From positions 636,841-700,840 of the forward strand of contig JAHRHZ010000002.1 of the NCBI GenBank assembly GCA_024137785.1: a stretch of DNA of 64,000 nucleotides, in the 5' to 3' direction. Position 1 is the first letter of the stretch. Every line of letters begins with the position of its first letter. The stretch is from Ginglymostoma cirratum. Lineage: Eukaryota. The notes below the pieces were generated by a model. That model was not told the origin of the DNA, searched no databases, and saw only the letters and a list, made by a program, of their open reading frames with translations. The position numbers and the translations under genes were made by a program. Shown one piece after another: positions 12,346-25,209 of this stretch.

Positions 12346-13089
12346 CTATTTCAATACATTTACAAATAGGTTAGAAAGACAATATGCATTACAAACCAAA
12401 TATTCAATGTTTTTAAAGGGATTTTTTTAAAAAAAGTATATTAAACGGCAGAACAGGCAACGGTGTGAAGGATAATGCACAAATATTGAGTAAAACCAGA
12501 CGCTGAAAAGCTTCACCGAAGCCAGCCTCATCTATCTAATTACAGTTTTCCGTGCTGCCCGCTCACACACAGTTTGAACGAGCTGCTGCTGTCTGTGCGA
12601 GACCTGAGGAAACCAAACGGTCAGAGCTCGAAATGATGGAGGGCCTCATTCCCTGTCCCTCTCACTTACCACGTGTACACACCGATGCTGTTAATATTAA
12701 CCATCAAGAGGAAATTGGATTAACAATTCGAACTGAAGTATCATTACAGAAATAAAAACATGAAAGATCATTTCAGGTCCTAAATTAGCATCGGGAGTGA
12801 AAAGACTGAAGTAATTTCAGAAACAAGATGGTTGCTACTCTGGTAGATTATTCGTTGACGTGAATAAATGTCATAACTTTGAAATCCTGTCATGCTCAAA
12901 CCTGTTTATCTCGCGATTAAATTTGTACAATGTGACCGTCTGCTGGTGGATCTGCAGTATTGCAGAGAAAAATGTGAAACGATCAAGAATTCAATTGTGC
13001 AAGAAAATACATTCAAATTTAAAAGTCCAAATATCGCTTTTGTTGCCACTCCAGCAAATCAATTCTTAACGATTGCAACTGATATTTGA

Positions 13090-13765
13090 CTGTCCCTCGT
13101 GAACGTGGATGCACAAAGGGTGTCCTAGTACACCAGTCAACGCAAGCAAACATGCAGGGGCAGCAAGCAAATTAGCAGGCAAATGGTATATTGGCCTTCA
13201 TTGCAAGAATATTTGAGTTCAGACGTAAGGAAATCTTGCTGAAGTTATACAGGGTCTTGATAAATCTACAGGTGGAGGACTGTGTGCAGTTTTTGCCTCT
13301 TCACTTATTTGTCATAAAGGAAGTGCAGCATAGTTTCACTAGGCTGGTACCAGGGATGGCAGGACTGCAAAAGGAATTGAGCAGGCTGTATCTGTATTTT
13401 GTAGGTTTGAGAAATAATAAATATGATAGCATTGAAACATATAAAATTCTAATAGGACGAGACAAACAAAAGACCTCCCCTGGTTGGGGAGTGTGGACCC
13501 AAGGTCACAGTCTCAGGATAGAGATTAGGCCATTTTGGACTGGGAAAAGGAAATATTACTTCACATGAGAGGGTGGTCAATCTGTGGAATTCGCTATCAC
13601 GGAGGCTATGAGTAGATTTTTTAAAAATGACGTGAGGTAAATTAAAGAGGTAAATGAATATGGATGGAAATTGAAATATGAGAAAGGGGACCAGCTGTGA
13701 TCATACTGAATAGTGCAGCAGTACTGAAAGGCTGAATGGCTTTGTCCTGCACCTAGTTTCTATAC
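13090..13765 (+). mobile_element. CR1 LINE 3' fragment
   Basis: AFIARIFEFRRKEILLKLYRVL..CVQF..FTRLVPGMAGL..IETYKIL..GHSLRI; tail GCTGAATGGC..CCTAGTTTCTAT. Confidence 0.8.
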
Positions 13766-13786
13766 TGTACGCTTTCGCTTCGGACT

Positions 13787-14298
13787 GCAAAGTGGCATAG
13801 TGGTAAGCACTGCTGCTTTGCAGAACCAGGTTCATTTGTAGAGATAGCAAGAACTGCAGACGCTGGAATCAGAGACAACACAGCATGGAGCTGGAGGAAC
13901 ACACAGGGTAGGCAGCATCAGAGGAGCAGGAAAGTTGACGTTTCAGGTCTGAAGAAGGTTCCCAACCCAAAACATAAACTTTCCTGTTCCTCCGATACTG
14001 CCTAACCTGCTGAGGTCCTCCAGCTCCACATTGTGTTGTCTCTGACTCCAGTATCTGCAGTTCTTGCTATCTCTGAGTGAGTTATAAACCCACTGAGAAG
14101 CCTCTTCCAAGGTTACCCACCCTGAAAACCCATTTCTGAAGAAGGGTCCCAACCCAAAACGTCAACTTACCTGCTCCTCTGATGCAGGTTCAATTGTAAG
14201 CTTTTGGGGACTGCCTCTGTGCAGTCTGTGTGCATTTGCTTTTGTTTGCTCCCACAGTCCAAGGATGTGTAGGTCATATGGCTTGGCCAGGGATTCTA
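13787..14298 (+). mobile_element. Degenerate HE1-type SINE interrupted by PLE-tail elements
   Basis: A box TGGCATAGTGG, body CCCACAGTCCAAGGATGTG, tail GGGATTCTATG; split at its B box with duplication CAGGTTCA(T/A)TTGTA at 13827-13840 and 14185-14198. Confidence 0.7.
13841..14184. mobile_element. Fold-back PLE-tail element (13841-14073) plus a second partial copy (14131-14184)
   Basis: GAGATAGCAAGAACTGCAGA...TCTGCAGTTCTTGCTATCTC inverted arms of ~100 bp; centres carry CTGAAGAAGG..ACCCAAAAC ribozyme remnants. Confidence 0.85.
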
Positions 14299-15399
14299 TG
14301 AAATTAGCTCACTAAAACCAAGAGATGACTTTCCTTGTCCTTCCATCTCCACGAGTGAGCTTGTGTGGTTGCATTTCGCAAAGTGGTGAATCAGAAAGTT
14401 GTTTTCGAATTCATGTAGCTGCAGTGGACTAGGCATGAATATATGAGTGAGCTGTTGAAGAAATGGAAAGAATTTTCTTTGCCCAGATATTAGCATTTAG
14501 TTGGTTACCAGATGAAATGCAGAAAGAGCTAGGTAATTTCATGAATCCAGTCTTTTACAGATAGCATCTTTTGGAGGAAAGCACCTTCTATTGCAACAAT
14601 TCTTAAATCTATTTATCACACATAAGTCAGAGGAGAGTGTCAGTACCATTCCCATGACCACAAATGCTGCACTTGAATGCCCTGCATTTGAGCACTTCGC
14701 AGGCTTCAGTGCACCCAAAGTGCAATGGGATAGCCTCATCTTGGGAGATCAAACATTGTTTCTCACACTTCAGTCATGAAGTTTGGAAATAAAAGCATTC
14801 CAAAAAAATGTTTCAAAATGAAATTTGAAAGATTTGCAAGAAAAAAAACCGACTTGTAATATTTTCATATTTAGCAAATTATATTTAGCATTAGCAAATT
14901 ATATTTAGCAAATGTACTCTATGTCAGGTACGCAGCCTGCAGGAAAACAATCCAAATTGGTCAATTGATATAAAGTTTTCTGGGCTTGTTTCACTTCATG
15001 GTGCCTCATTACTTTTTCTATGCTCTTGATTTACCACATACATTTTTGGAGGAACACATTTTCCAGCACCTCGGTCCCAAACCTTAGCATTTCCCTCAGC
15101 ACATAGTCCTAGAACTTGGAATTTGACAGTTTCACAACACTCTGTTAAGGCCAACTCCTTGCACTGAAAGACCACTACATTTCAGACAGAAAATAGAGTC
15201 TCATTCACTAAGTCAATAATCTTCCAAGTGCATTTTTTGTAGGTCATTCAACAAGGCTTTATTTTTGCAAACCTTATTCAAAAATTATTGATAAATACAG
15301 TAAAACAGTTCATTGCAGGAAGTCCTAAGCAATCATGACATTCCTCATTTTGGGCATCAATTCAAGTGTAAGAAGGGTAACTGTTACCAAACATGACAT

Positions 15400-15535
15400 T
15401 TAAATGGTCGTCGGATAAACATATGGATGATAATGGAATAGTGTACGTTAGATGGACTTCAGATTGTTGTGCTGACCTGTGAAACCATCGAGGGCTGAAG
15501 GGCCTGTACTGCGCTGTAATGTTCTATGTTCTATG
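15400..15535 (+). mobile_element. CR1 3' tail
   Basis: GAAGGGCCTGTACTGCGCTGTAATGTTCTATGTTCTATG; same subfamily as 61780-61920 minus. Confidence 0.8.
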
Positions 15536-15589
15536 ACAAAAATATTCCCAACACCCCCAAACCACACCCGCACCTCCCCACGCATGGAG

Positions 15590-18048
15590 CCACATCAAGG
15601 GATACACTTCTGACCAAGGAAGGTCAATTATGAAGCAGCTAAAGTTGGCTAGGCCGAGGGTACTATCCTGAGGAATTCCTGCAGGAGCTGAGATGACTGA
15701 CTGCCAATAACCAAATCATCTTCCTGCATGCCAGGTATGACTCCAACGAGCAGAGCATTTTCCCCCAATTCTTATTGGCTCCTTGATGCCACACAGTCAA
15801 ACGTGGCATTGATGTCAAAGACAGTCACTCTCACCTTAATTCTGGAATTCAGATCTTTGGCCCATATTTTGACCCTATGCTGTAATGGTGTCAGGAGATG
15901 AGTGGCCCTGGCAGAACCCAAACTGGACATCACTAAGCAGATTATTGCTAAGCAGGTGCTGCATGGTTATACAGTTGTTGACATCTTCCATCACTTTACT
16001 GATGATTGAGAGCAGACTGGTGGGATAGTAATTCACTGGATTACATTTGTCCTACTTTTCGTGTACAGGACACATCTGGGCAACTTTCCACATTGTTGGG
16101 TGGATGCCAGCATTGTAACTGGAAGAGCTTGGCGAGGGGACCAGCAAGTTCTGAAACACAAGTCTTCAGCACTATTGTCAGAGTGAATTCGGGGCCCCTG
16201 GACCTTGCAGTATCCCCTGCCTCCAATGAACAGAATGAACCAAATTGGTTGAAGACTGGTATTTGTCATGCTCGAACCACTGGAGGAGACCTAGATGGAT
16301 CATCCGCTTGGCACCAGTGGCTGAAGATTGCTGCCAAGTGTTTCAGCCTTACCTAATGCACTGATGTACTATGCTCTTCCATCATTAAGGATTTGGATAT
16401 TTGTAGAGACTCCTCCTCCAGTGGTTGTTCAACTGTCCACCACAATTCATGACTCGATATGACAGGACTGCAGAGCTTTCATGTGATCCATTGGTAGGGG
16501 GATCACTTAGCTCCAACAATCACTTGATACTTACCCTGCTTGGCACATAAATAGTCCTGTTTGATCAGTTTACCAGCTTGACAACTCATTTTTAGGTCTG
16601 CATCGTGCTGCTATTGCATACTTTCCTGCACTCTCCCTTCCAAACAGTATACCACCTCTGCTGGGCCTGTTCCTGCCGGTGGTAGAGGAAATATCCAGGT
16701 ATGGTGATTGTTGTTTGGGATATTGTCTGTCAGATATGATTCCATGAATATGGCTATGTTAATCTGTTACTTGAATACTCTGGTAGACCGCTCTCTCACT
16801 TTTGGCACCAGACACCAAATGCTAGTAAAGAGGAGTTTGCAGGATCAACAGGGCAGGGTTGATCCCCAGGCTTGATGGTAATGGCTGAATGAGGGATCTG
16901 CAAGGCCATGAGATCAAACATTGCGCTTGAGTAAAATTCTGTTGCTGTTGATGGTCCATGGTGCCTAACAGAGTTATTAGACCTGTTTGAAGTCTGTCCC
17001 ATTTAACATGGCGATGGTGCCACACACAGCACAATGGAGGGTATTCTCAATGTGAAGGTGGGATCATCGCCACAAAAACTGTGCAGTGGTCACTCTTACT
17101 GGTATTGTCATGGATGTATCTGCATACACATTTGTAAGGAAGAGGTCAAGTATATTTTTCCCTCCTTGGTTCACTCAACACATGTTACACACCCAGTTCT
17201 GGCAGTTATGTCATTTAGGGCCTGACCAGCTCGATCAATAATGCTACTGCTGAGTCACACTTGTTTGTTGACATTGACAGCCCCCTCATTTTTCCCTTTG
17301 CCACCCTCATTTCTTCCTCCAAATGTTGTTCAACATGGAGGACTACTGATTCATCAGATGAGGGAGGACTGAAAATATTAAGCAGCAGGAGGTTTCCTTG
17401 CCCATGTTTAACCTAAAACTGTGAAATTTCATAGGGTCAGGTGGCAAGGTTGAGGCCTCCCAGAGAAATTCCCTTCCAAGTATACCACTGTGCCATTGCC
17501 TCTGTTGGGCCTGTCCTGCCGGTGGTAAAGGAAATATCCAGGTATGGTGATTGTGGTGTTTGGGACATTGTCTGTCAGCTATGATTTCATCAATATGGCT
17601 ATGTTAATCTGTTGCTTGAATAGTCTGGTAGACAGCTCTCCCACTTTTGGCTTGTAAAGAGGAGTTTGCTGGATCAACAGAGCTGTTTCTGCCATTGATC
17701 TAGGTTCGTGCCAGGTGAGCCATCTGGTTTCACTTTTTTGGAGACTTCATTGTGATTGATACAACTGAGTAGCTTGCTAGGCCATTTCAGAGGGCAACTG
17801 TGAATCAGCTGTGGGTCTGGAATCACATGTAGGCCAGACCAGGTAAGGAAGGCAAATTTCCTTCCCTGAAGGACATCAGTGAGCTTTCCAACAATCGACA
17901 GTGGTCTCATAGTCATCAGTAGATTCTTAATTCCAGATTTCTTCTATTGAATTCAAATTCTGCTGTGGCATTATTCAAAGCCGGGTCTGTACAATATTAA
18001 CCGAGTTTCTGGATTAACAATCTAGTGCTAATACCACTAAGTCATCAA
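15590..18048 (-). mobile_element. Degenerate APE-RT non-LTR retrotransposon, 5' portion, with a tRNA-like head
   Basis: Minus: A box TGACTTAGTGG (18034-18044), ~300-bp leader, APE N-terminus KVGELSTRLFKQQ..LTDNVPNTTITIPGY..HRQDRPNRG, RT remnants (QHLLSNNLLSD.QFGF) near 15800-15960. Confidence 0.75.
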
Positions 18049-18699
18049 TGAATAAAGACCTGACTTCAATATCCAGTCATTCACTACCAGGCTATCTGAT
18101 ATTGACAGACAAAATCAATACATACAAGAGGGGACGACTGGTCACAGAGACATTATGTTCTTGAAGAAATGTCTACAACATGTGGTGAGCATAAGGATGA
18201 CAATTTCGTCATTGAAAATCAGAGCATTTCCTCAGACAGCACTGACAGTTTCAGGGACTTCCGCGTTTGGTTCAATTGCAGCTGGGGCTTCAGGGAGTCG
18301 GGGAGAAATTACAAAAACGGCCATATTCTAGGATACAGCATTACCTGGGTGAAGGGACATCAATGCATGAGTTGATGCTTGCTGCAGGCATGACAAGATT
18401 GATGGATCAGATGGAAATGTACAGAATGATAGGTGAGACTGTGTCTTGCCTGGCATGGTTGAGAGAGTTCTCCCAGTCAGTAACTGAGCCTAAAGACTAT
18501 CCTTCAGAGGGCAAATGCCAGTCCATCAGACATTGGAGAGTTCAGCTCTTTCACTTGCCTGTACCTCACCAGGTTCCATACAAAAATCAGACAACACAGT
18601 TCATTTATTTCCATTCCTGCTTATTTTCTGTCATCAACTTCTAACATTTAAGTCATTCAAATATAACAAAAAAATTCTAAAAAAAGAAGACAAGATTAC

Positions 18700-19905
18700 C
18701 TAAGTGTAAACAACCTCTCCTTCAACTTCTCTCATTTTCTTCAGATCAAAATGCCTCAGGTATGCATGCATCTTTGTGGGGGACGTGGAACATTTCCTGT
18801 TCCAATCCTACTCCCGTGCCTTCACACAACTCTTTCTCCATTACATCAATGATATCATCCTTCTCTCATCCAGAACTGGAAAAATTCACCAACTTTGCTT
18901 CCATTTTTCACCCTGCTCTCATGTTCACCTGGTCCATCTCGGACTCCTGCCATCCCTCCTTGACATCCATTTCCACTTCTGGGGAAGAGGCTGAGCACCA
19001 ATATACACTACAAACCCAACTCCCACAGTTACCTCGACTATACATTTTCATGCCCTCCATAGAAGATGCCTCAGAAATGTCTACCTTTTTCCTCAAATCT
19101 AAGATTCCACATCACCGTAGTTGACAGGGCCGCAGCAGTATCCCATCCAATTCCCATTTTTTTTTCTATTCACTCCCTGAACACTGATAGGGTCACGCTG
19201 GTCTTCAGTTTCCACTCTACTAGCATTCACGTCCCTCGGATCATAAGTCACCATTTCTGCCACGTCCAACAAAATGCTACCACTATCCTCTATCCGGACT
19301 TGTCAGCTTTCCACAGGGACTGTTCCCTCCAGGACACATTGGTCCACTACTCCTCCACTCGTAACATCCCTCCACACCCCCATGGCACCTTCCCATGCTA
19401 TCACAAAAGGTATATCACCTTGCCATTTACTTCCTCCCTCCTCACGCTCAAGGCCCCAGGCGTACCTTAAAGAAAAAGCAGCAACTTGCCTGCACTTCTA
19501 CAATCTAGTCATTTGTATTTGCTGTTCACAGCATTGTTTCCCCCACAGTGGGGAGATAAAACACAATCTGGGCAATGATTTGTGCAACAATGTTTTTGCC
19601 TGCAAAAATGACCCCGGGCTTCTGTATGCCTGCTACTTCAAATAACCGAGATAACAAGCGTGGGGCTGGATGAACACAGCAGGTCAAGCAGCATCATAGG
19701 AGCAGGAGAACTTGATGTTTCGGACCTAGACCCCTCATCAGAAAACTTCAAATAACCGTTGTGTTCTCTGATCAACATCTCTGCCTCAGGCTTGCTACAG
19801 TAAGCCAGTCGGTTCAGCACAATCTGAAAGAACAGCATTCTGTTTTCATCTTGGGGATGTGGCAGCCTTCAGGGCTCAACATTCAGTTCAATACTTTTGG
19901 GGCCT
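18700..19905 (+). mobile_element. Old Neptune-type PLE remnant (RT C-terminus and GIY-YIG)
   Basis: LFLHYINDI, FHPALMFTWSISD, AFHRDCSLQDTLVH, GTFPC, NLVICICCSQ..GE; colinear with 55800-57010. Confidence 0.8.
19649..19744 (-). mobile_element. 96-bp PLE-tail/hammerhead insertion with 14-bp TSD
   Basis: ACTTCAAATAACCG at 19635-19648 and 19745-19758; minus strand CTGATGAGGGGTCTAGGTCCGAAACATCAAG. Confidence 0.9.
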
Positions 19906-21249
19906 GAGCACTTTCTTCCATGTCCTTCATCCATGCCCACAACACTGGCCCTGTCATCACAGACAACCCATTTTCACCTACTAATGGTCTTTGTAACTGA
20001 CTCTCCCACACATCTTTTTCAGAACGCATACGACTGTTTCCAAGCTATAAATCAGAAGAATCAGTGAAACCAAAATATTGGTGATATCTTTTGTCCGCAA
20101 ATGCTTTCTAGATAAATTTTTGTTTTTGTTTCAGATTTCCTGCACCTACAATTCTTTTGTTTTTAGGTGACTCGAATCCACTCTGAATGACCCAGTGAAT
20201 CACACAGGAGCTGCTGGTGTCGCTCTTCCTCATCTAAGGCTCAAGGTGAAGCTGCAGAAGTTGCACCCATGCTGTGGGGGAAGCGGGAAGGGTGGTCAAT
20301 ACTTGGACATGGGGCATTAATTCCTAGAAGCTGAAAAATCACCTGTCAAACCATGAAATCCCACTTTTTGAATAAGGGCCCTGAACAGTAGCTTCTCAAT
20401 TGGATATGGTTGCACCTCTTCAGCATATCTGTTGGAAAGTTTCCCAGACCAACAGTGTCACGGCATAAGCAGCCCCTCCGTCCACTGATTACCGGTTTCA
20501 TACTGACTGTTTGCATTCCGAACAGTTAAGATATCAAGAAGTGAGTTAGGCTGGTTAATACCCTGTGGAATCAATCCCTTCCCTGTCACTCAAACCATTC
20601 AGTGAGGTGCCTGGACCAATCTGAACAGAGGTGTCTCAGAATTAACACAGAGATCCAACATCCAACATCCAACAACACCTGGCTCTGCGGTGGTCATACA
20701 CACTAGCACCAGAATGAAGACCAATGAGCCATTCAGCTTCCTCATTGCTCACTGAACTTGCACGCTCACTGTCTGGGCTCCTTGTACAAGTGCACTTCTG
20801 AACAGCAACATTTAAATGTTTACATTTAGAACAGATTTTTTTTTCTATTTTGCTGCACTCATTCAAAGCAGAATGCATCTGTCCTCAGCTCCAAGGTTTC
20901 TAAGCATCGATACTTCTGTGTATATTTGACACATATCGTGTGAGATAATTTGCATTCTGCACCTTATGCTGGCAGATATTTAATTGCTAAGCCATCAATA
21001 ATGTGAAAGCAGAAGCGAATGCTTACTCCATCCCTTTATTGTCCACACCATGAAGCGGAATCCTCTCTGACTCCTCATTTACACAATGCACATTTCAGAA
21101 ACACAGCCAAATATAAATAATCTGCTCTTTTGCCGTGATGTTTCATTAAGTGACACAGCAGAATGACTAACACAATCAATACAACTCCTTCATTTCAGAT
21201 CAGAATTAAAACCAAACCTCTTCCATAGGGGTTTACTCCCATTTTTAAA

Positions 21250-22700
21250 AACACTCTGTTGTATGCGAGTGGTATCAGTTACGCCAGCATTTCTTTCTCC
21301 TGAAAAAGGAATATTCAGCAGACTCCTTGAAACGCTGCATTCCATGTAGAGGACACTGAAGATTGCACAATCAACATTCCATTTCTGCTCTTATGATGGA
21401 AACAAGGTCACTGATGAAGCAGCTGAAGATGGACCCTAGGTCTGTAGCCTAAGGAACTCCTGCAGAAGTGTAATTGAGTTGAGAAGATGGACATCAAACA
21501 ACCACAATCACCATTTTTTGTACCAGGTATGACTCTGACCAGCAGAGAAATTTCACCAAATCCCATTGATTTCCAGGCTCCTTGATGATATCAAAGCCAT
21601 ATTTGGCTGAGCATAGCAGAGACAGCCAGGACTGCAGTAGTCCTAGTTTCTGACCTGCTTCTGTAACCACTGTGCTTGGGTGGTGACTACCATTAACCAG
21701 AAACTTAATTGGAATCACCAGGATTTTGATAGTGGGGCATTCAGTGAAAGTAACATCTTTGAATGTCAAGGACAGTGGTAAGATCGTTTCATGTTGGAAA
21801 TGGTCACTACCCAACATTTGTGCAGTGCAAATGTTGCTTGCCATTGTATGCCCAAGCCAGGATATTGTCCAGATCTTATGGTATTTGGACATGAACTTCT
21901 TCAGTATTTGAAAAATTGAAAATGATGCTGAATATCATACAATCAATCGATCACAATCCTTACTTCAAACCTTACGAGGAAGGGAAGATCATTGATGATG
22001 CTGCAGAACATGACTGCACCAAGGACACTACCCTGAAGATCTCCTGCAGAAATATCCTGGAGCTGATCTGACTGATCTCCAACAACCACAACCATCTTCC
22101 TCTGTGACAGGCATGATTCCAATCAGTGGAGGGCTTGTCCCACAATACTCATTGACTCCCACTGATTCCAGTACAGTTGGGTTCCTTGATGCCACACTCC
22201 ATCAAATGCAGCCTTGATGTCCAGGTTGTCAATCTCAACCCACCTCTGGTATTCCGTTCTTTTGCCCATATTTGCACCAAAGTTCTCATGAAGTCAAGAG
22301 TTGAGTGGCTCTAGTGGAACCCAAAGTACGCATTACTGAGCAGGTTATTTCTAAGCAAGTGCTTGGTAGTACCGTTGATGACACTGTTCAACACTTCAAT
22401 GCTGGAATAAACTGATGGAACAATAGGATAAACTTTGTCCTGATTTGTGTGTACAGAATATAGCAGGGAAATTTTCAACATTGTCAGGTCAATGATAGTG
22501 GTGTAGCTGCACTGAACTTGTACAAGAAACAGCAAGTATTGGAGCATAAGTCTTCAGCACTATTACTAGAATCTTATCAAGGCTCACAGACTTGGTGGTA
22601 TCCAGTGATGCCAAATGTCTGTCGGTACCATGTGGATTGATTCAAATTGCCTGAAGACTGGAATCTGTGATGCTGGAGACCTCTGAAGGAGGCAAATGCT
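21250..22700 (-). mobile_element. Rearranged fragments of the APE-RT LINE family
   Basis: KHLLRNNLLSNAYFGF and FKDVTFTECPTIKIL; RT segment present twice (21395-21590, 21985-22200). Confidence 0.7.
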
Positions 22701-22989
22701 TCTGCCTTATGTGCAATGTGTCTCTAATTGCCATTAATTTCTGCAGTTCAGTTAAAAAAACTTTCCTTGTAAAATCTCATTCTTCATCACAATCTCTATA
22801 TGTGGATACTGCTCACTAGTAGCCCACCTCATGCTGGCTTGGACTGCTTTGGCCAAATGACTTGCTTCTATGCCATATACCATGCCTGTGGCAGTGTTGG
22901 CTGCAGTTCAATCAAGGAGACTGAACTGCTTCAGCAATGTCCACTTTCACCTGAATATCATAGTCTGGAACGACGGATAGTGATAAGAC

Positions 22990-23890
22990 CATAAGAACTG
23001 GGAACAGGATTATGACATTCAGCACCTCGACCCTACTCCAACATTCAACTGGTTCATGGCTGATCTGACATTCCTCAAGTCCATTTTACTGTCTTTTCCC
23101 CATATCCCCACACGGATTGCGAATCAACCTATCTCAGCCTTAAATATATACAAGAACTCTGTCCTCACAGCTGTAAATGGTAAGGAATTCCAAAGACTCT
23201 CAGCCCTCTGAGAAAAGGAAACCATCCTCATTTCAGTATTAAATCTTCTGTTCTGAAACTATGCCCTCTGGCCCTAGACTGACCCATGAGTGGCAACATC
23301 CTCTCAGCATTTATCCTGTCAAACCCCTTAACAATCGTATCTATTTCAATGAGATCATCATTCACTCTTCTAAACTCCAGGGAGTAGTATCCCAACCTTT
23401 TAGCCTTTGCTTATGAAGGAACCCCTCTACACTCGACATTATATTTGTTAATGTTCTATGAACTGCCTTCAATGAAATTGTGTCTTTCCTTACATAAGGA
23501 GCCCAAAACTGTTCACAGTACTCTAGGTGTGGTCTCATTGGCACCTCGTACAGTTGCAGTCTTGCCTACTCTTTTTCTTTAACATCTTTGAAATAAGGGC
23601 CAACATTCCATTACCTTTCTTGCTGCACTTATGTACTAGCTTTGTGTCAGTGCACAAGAAACCCCAAGTCCTTTTATGTTGCAGCTTCCTACTGTTTTTC
23701 TCCATTTAAATAATTTTGATCTCCCTTCCAAAATGAACTTGGCATTTTCCCTCATTATTCTCCATTTGCCCCCAGTTCTTGCCCACTTCAATAACCTATC
23801 AATATCTTGCAACTTGCCATTCCATCTACTTTTGTGTCATCTGTAAATTTGGATTAGTACATTCACTTCCTTCCTCCAAGTCATTGTGCG
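22990..23890 (-). mobile_element. CR1 LINE 3' fragment
   Basis: MRPHLEYCEQFWAPYVRKD; tail complement CATAAGAACTGGGAACAGGA at ~22990. Confidence 0.8.
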
Positions 23891-24417
23891 AGATAATCTG
23901 GTTTCTTTTCAATACATGAGCAGAAACCTCTACGGCTCTTCCCATGTGCCATTCGTGTGTGTTGGAAGGATTTACAGGTTGATTCTCCATTTGTTTGACA
24001 TCATGCATACAATCTGATTTTGTCAAGCCCTGGCGCGAGACTCCATGCTGGAGTTTCTGACTCCGACATCACTATCCATTGCATTACCAGACCTCCCCTA
24101 TGCATTTAATCCTACTTTGACTTAGTCACATGGTCAACTGCTCTCATAGAGCAGGCATATGGTTGTGGTGAACCGGAGCTGATAAAAATGAGCTAATGTG
24201 ACCTTAAGATGTTAAGCATGTCCTTCAGGTGAGGCACTTTGTGGGAAAATGGGTGAGTGTTTGGATGAGGATTGTGCTGCAGATACACACGTCACTGAGC
24301 GTTGAATCAATTAAGGACACTGGTTATGGCTGGCCACAGTTTGAACTTCTTGGATTGATATTCATTTACAGAAGTGTGACGTTTAAAGCCAAAGCAGAAG
24401 GCAGGCAGGCAGGCAGG

Positions 24418-24970
24418 CAGGCAATGTTATGGTAATATCACTGGACCAGTGGTCCAAAGTGTCAGGATATGGTCTGGGGAAATGGACTGAAATCCCACCA
24501 TGGCAGTTTGTGGGTTTAGAATTTAATGTCTACCGTTGGATTATAAAGCTAGTCACAGTAATAAAGCTGCCATAGATTTACCAGGCCATAGGGCGACTCT
24601 CGTTAGAGTGTGACCACTGGAGGTGACCTGAGGGTTACCACACCTCAGTTGAAGGGAGAGGTTGAGAAGGAGAGTCATTCATAGTAACTTCACCTGGTGC
24701 AGGAATTGAACCCTGCTGTTGGCACTGCTCTGCATTACAAACGTGCCATCCAGCCAACTTTAACCAATCCACATTTGCAGTCAGACTGGCAATGATGGAA
24801 ATATATCTGGATCACTAATGGAAATCTGTTGTTACTAGCTGGTCTGGGCTACACATGACACCAGACTCACTGCAATGTAGTTGACTTTTAAGGGAGCTGA
24901 AGAGGAATGAGGATGGACAACAAATACAGGCCATTCCTATGACACCCACATCCCATCAAGAGAAAAATAG
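24418..24970 (+). mobile_element. Degenerate copy of the tRNA-head bipartite SINE, interrupted by another SINE
   Basis: Head ATGGTAATATCACTGGAC..GAAATCCCACCATGGCAG; body GGTCTGGGCTACACATGAC..GTTGACT; tail CACCCACATCCCAT. Confidence 0.6.
24574..24772 (-). mobile_element. tRNA-derived SINE of a different family, nested
   Basis: Minus: A-box-like GGTTAAAGTTGG, B box GGTTCAATTCC (24706-24716). Confidence 0.55.
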
Positions 24971-25209
24971 AACAGTGTCTGGACAGTAACCTTCAAAAAT
25001 TCATCATTGGCTGGGAAACATTTTGAGATCGCTACTGGTCATGAAAGATGCTATATAATGTAATACTGTTTTTCATTTCTACATTCCTCTAATATTCACT
25101 TACCTTATAACAGTCCCACCGTTTATTCATAACATTTGTAAAGTTCGCTTACAGAACAGCTCAAATTAGACATCATCTAAACTATAAGACAGGTTATAAG
25201 TAGCATAAG

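Noticed and set aside
13841-14073. MITE / DNA transposon interpretation of the fold-backs
   Set aside because: Arms match the tail of a PLE in the same window and TSDs are 14-15 bp like the parent
18267-18644. 125-aa ORF as a host gene or transposon accessory protein
   Set aside because: No recognisable motif or splice context; cannot be supported by eye
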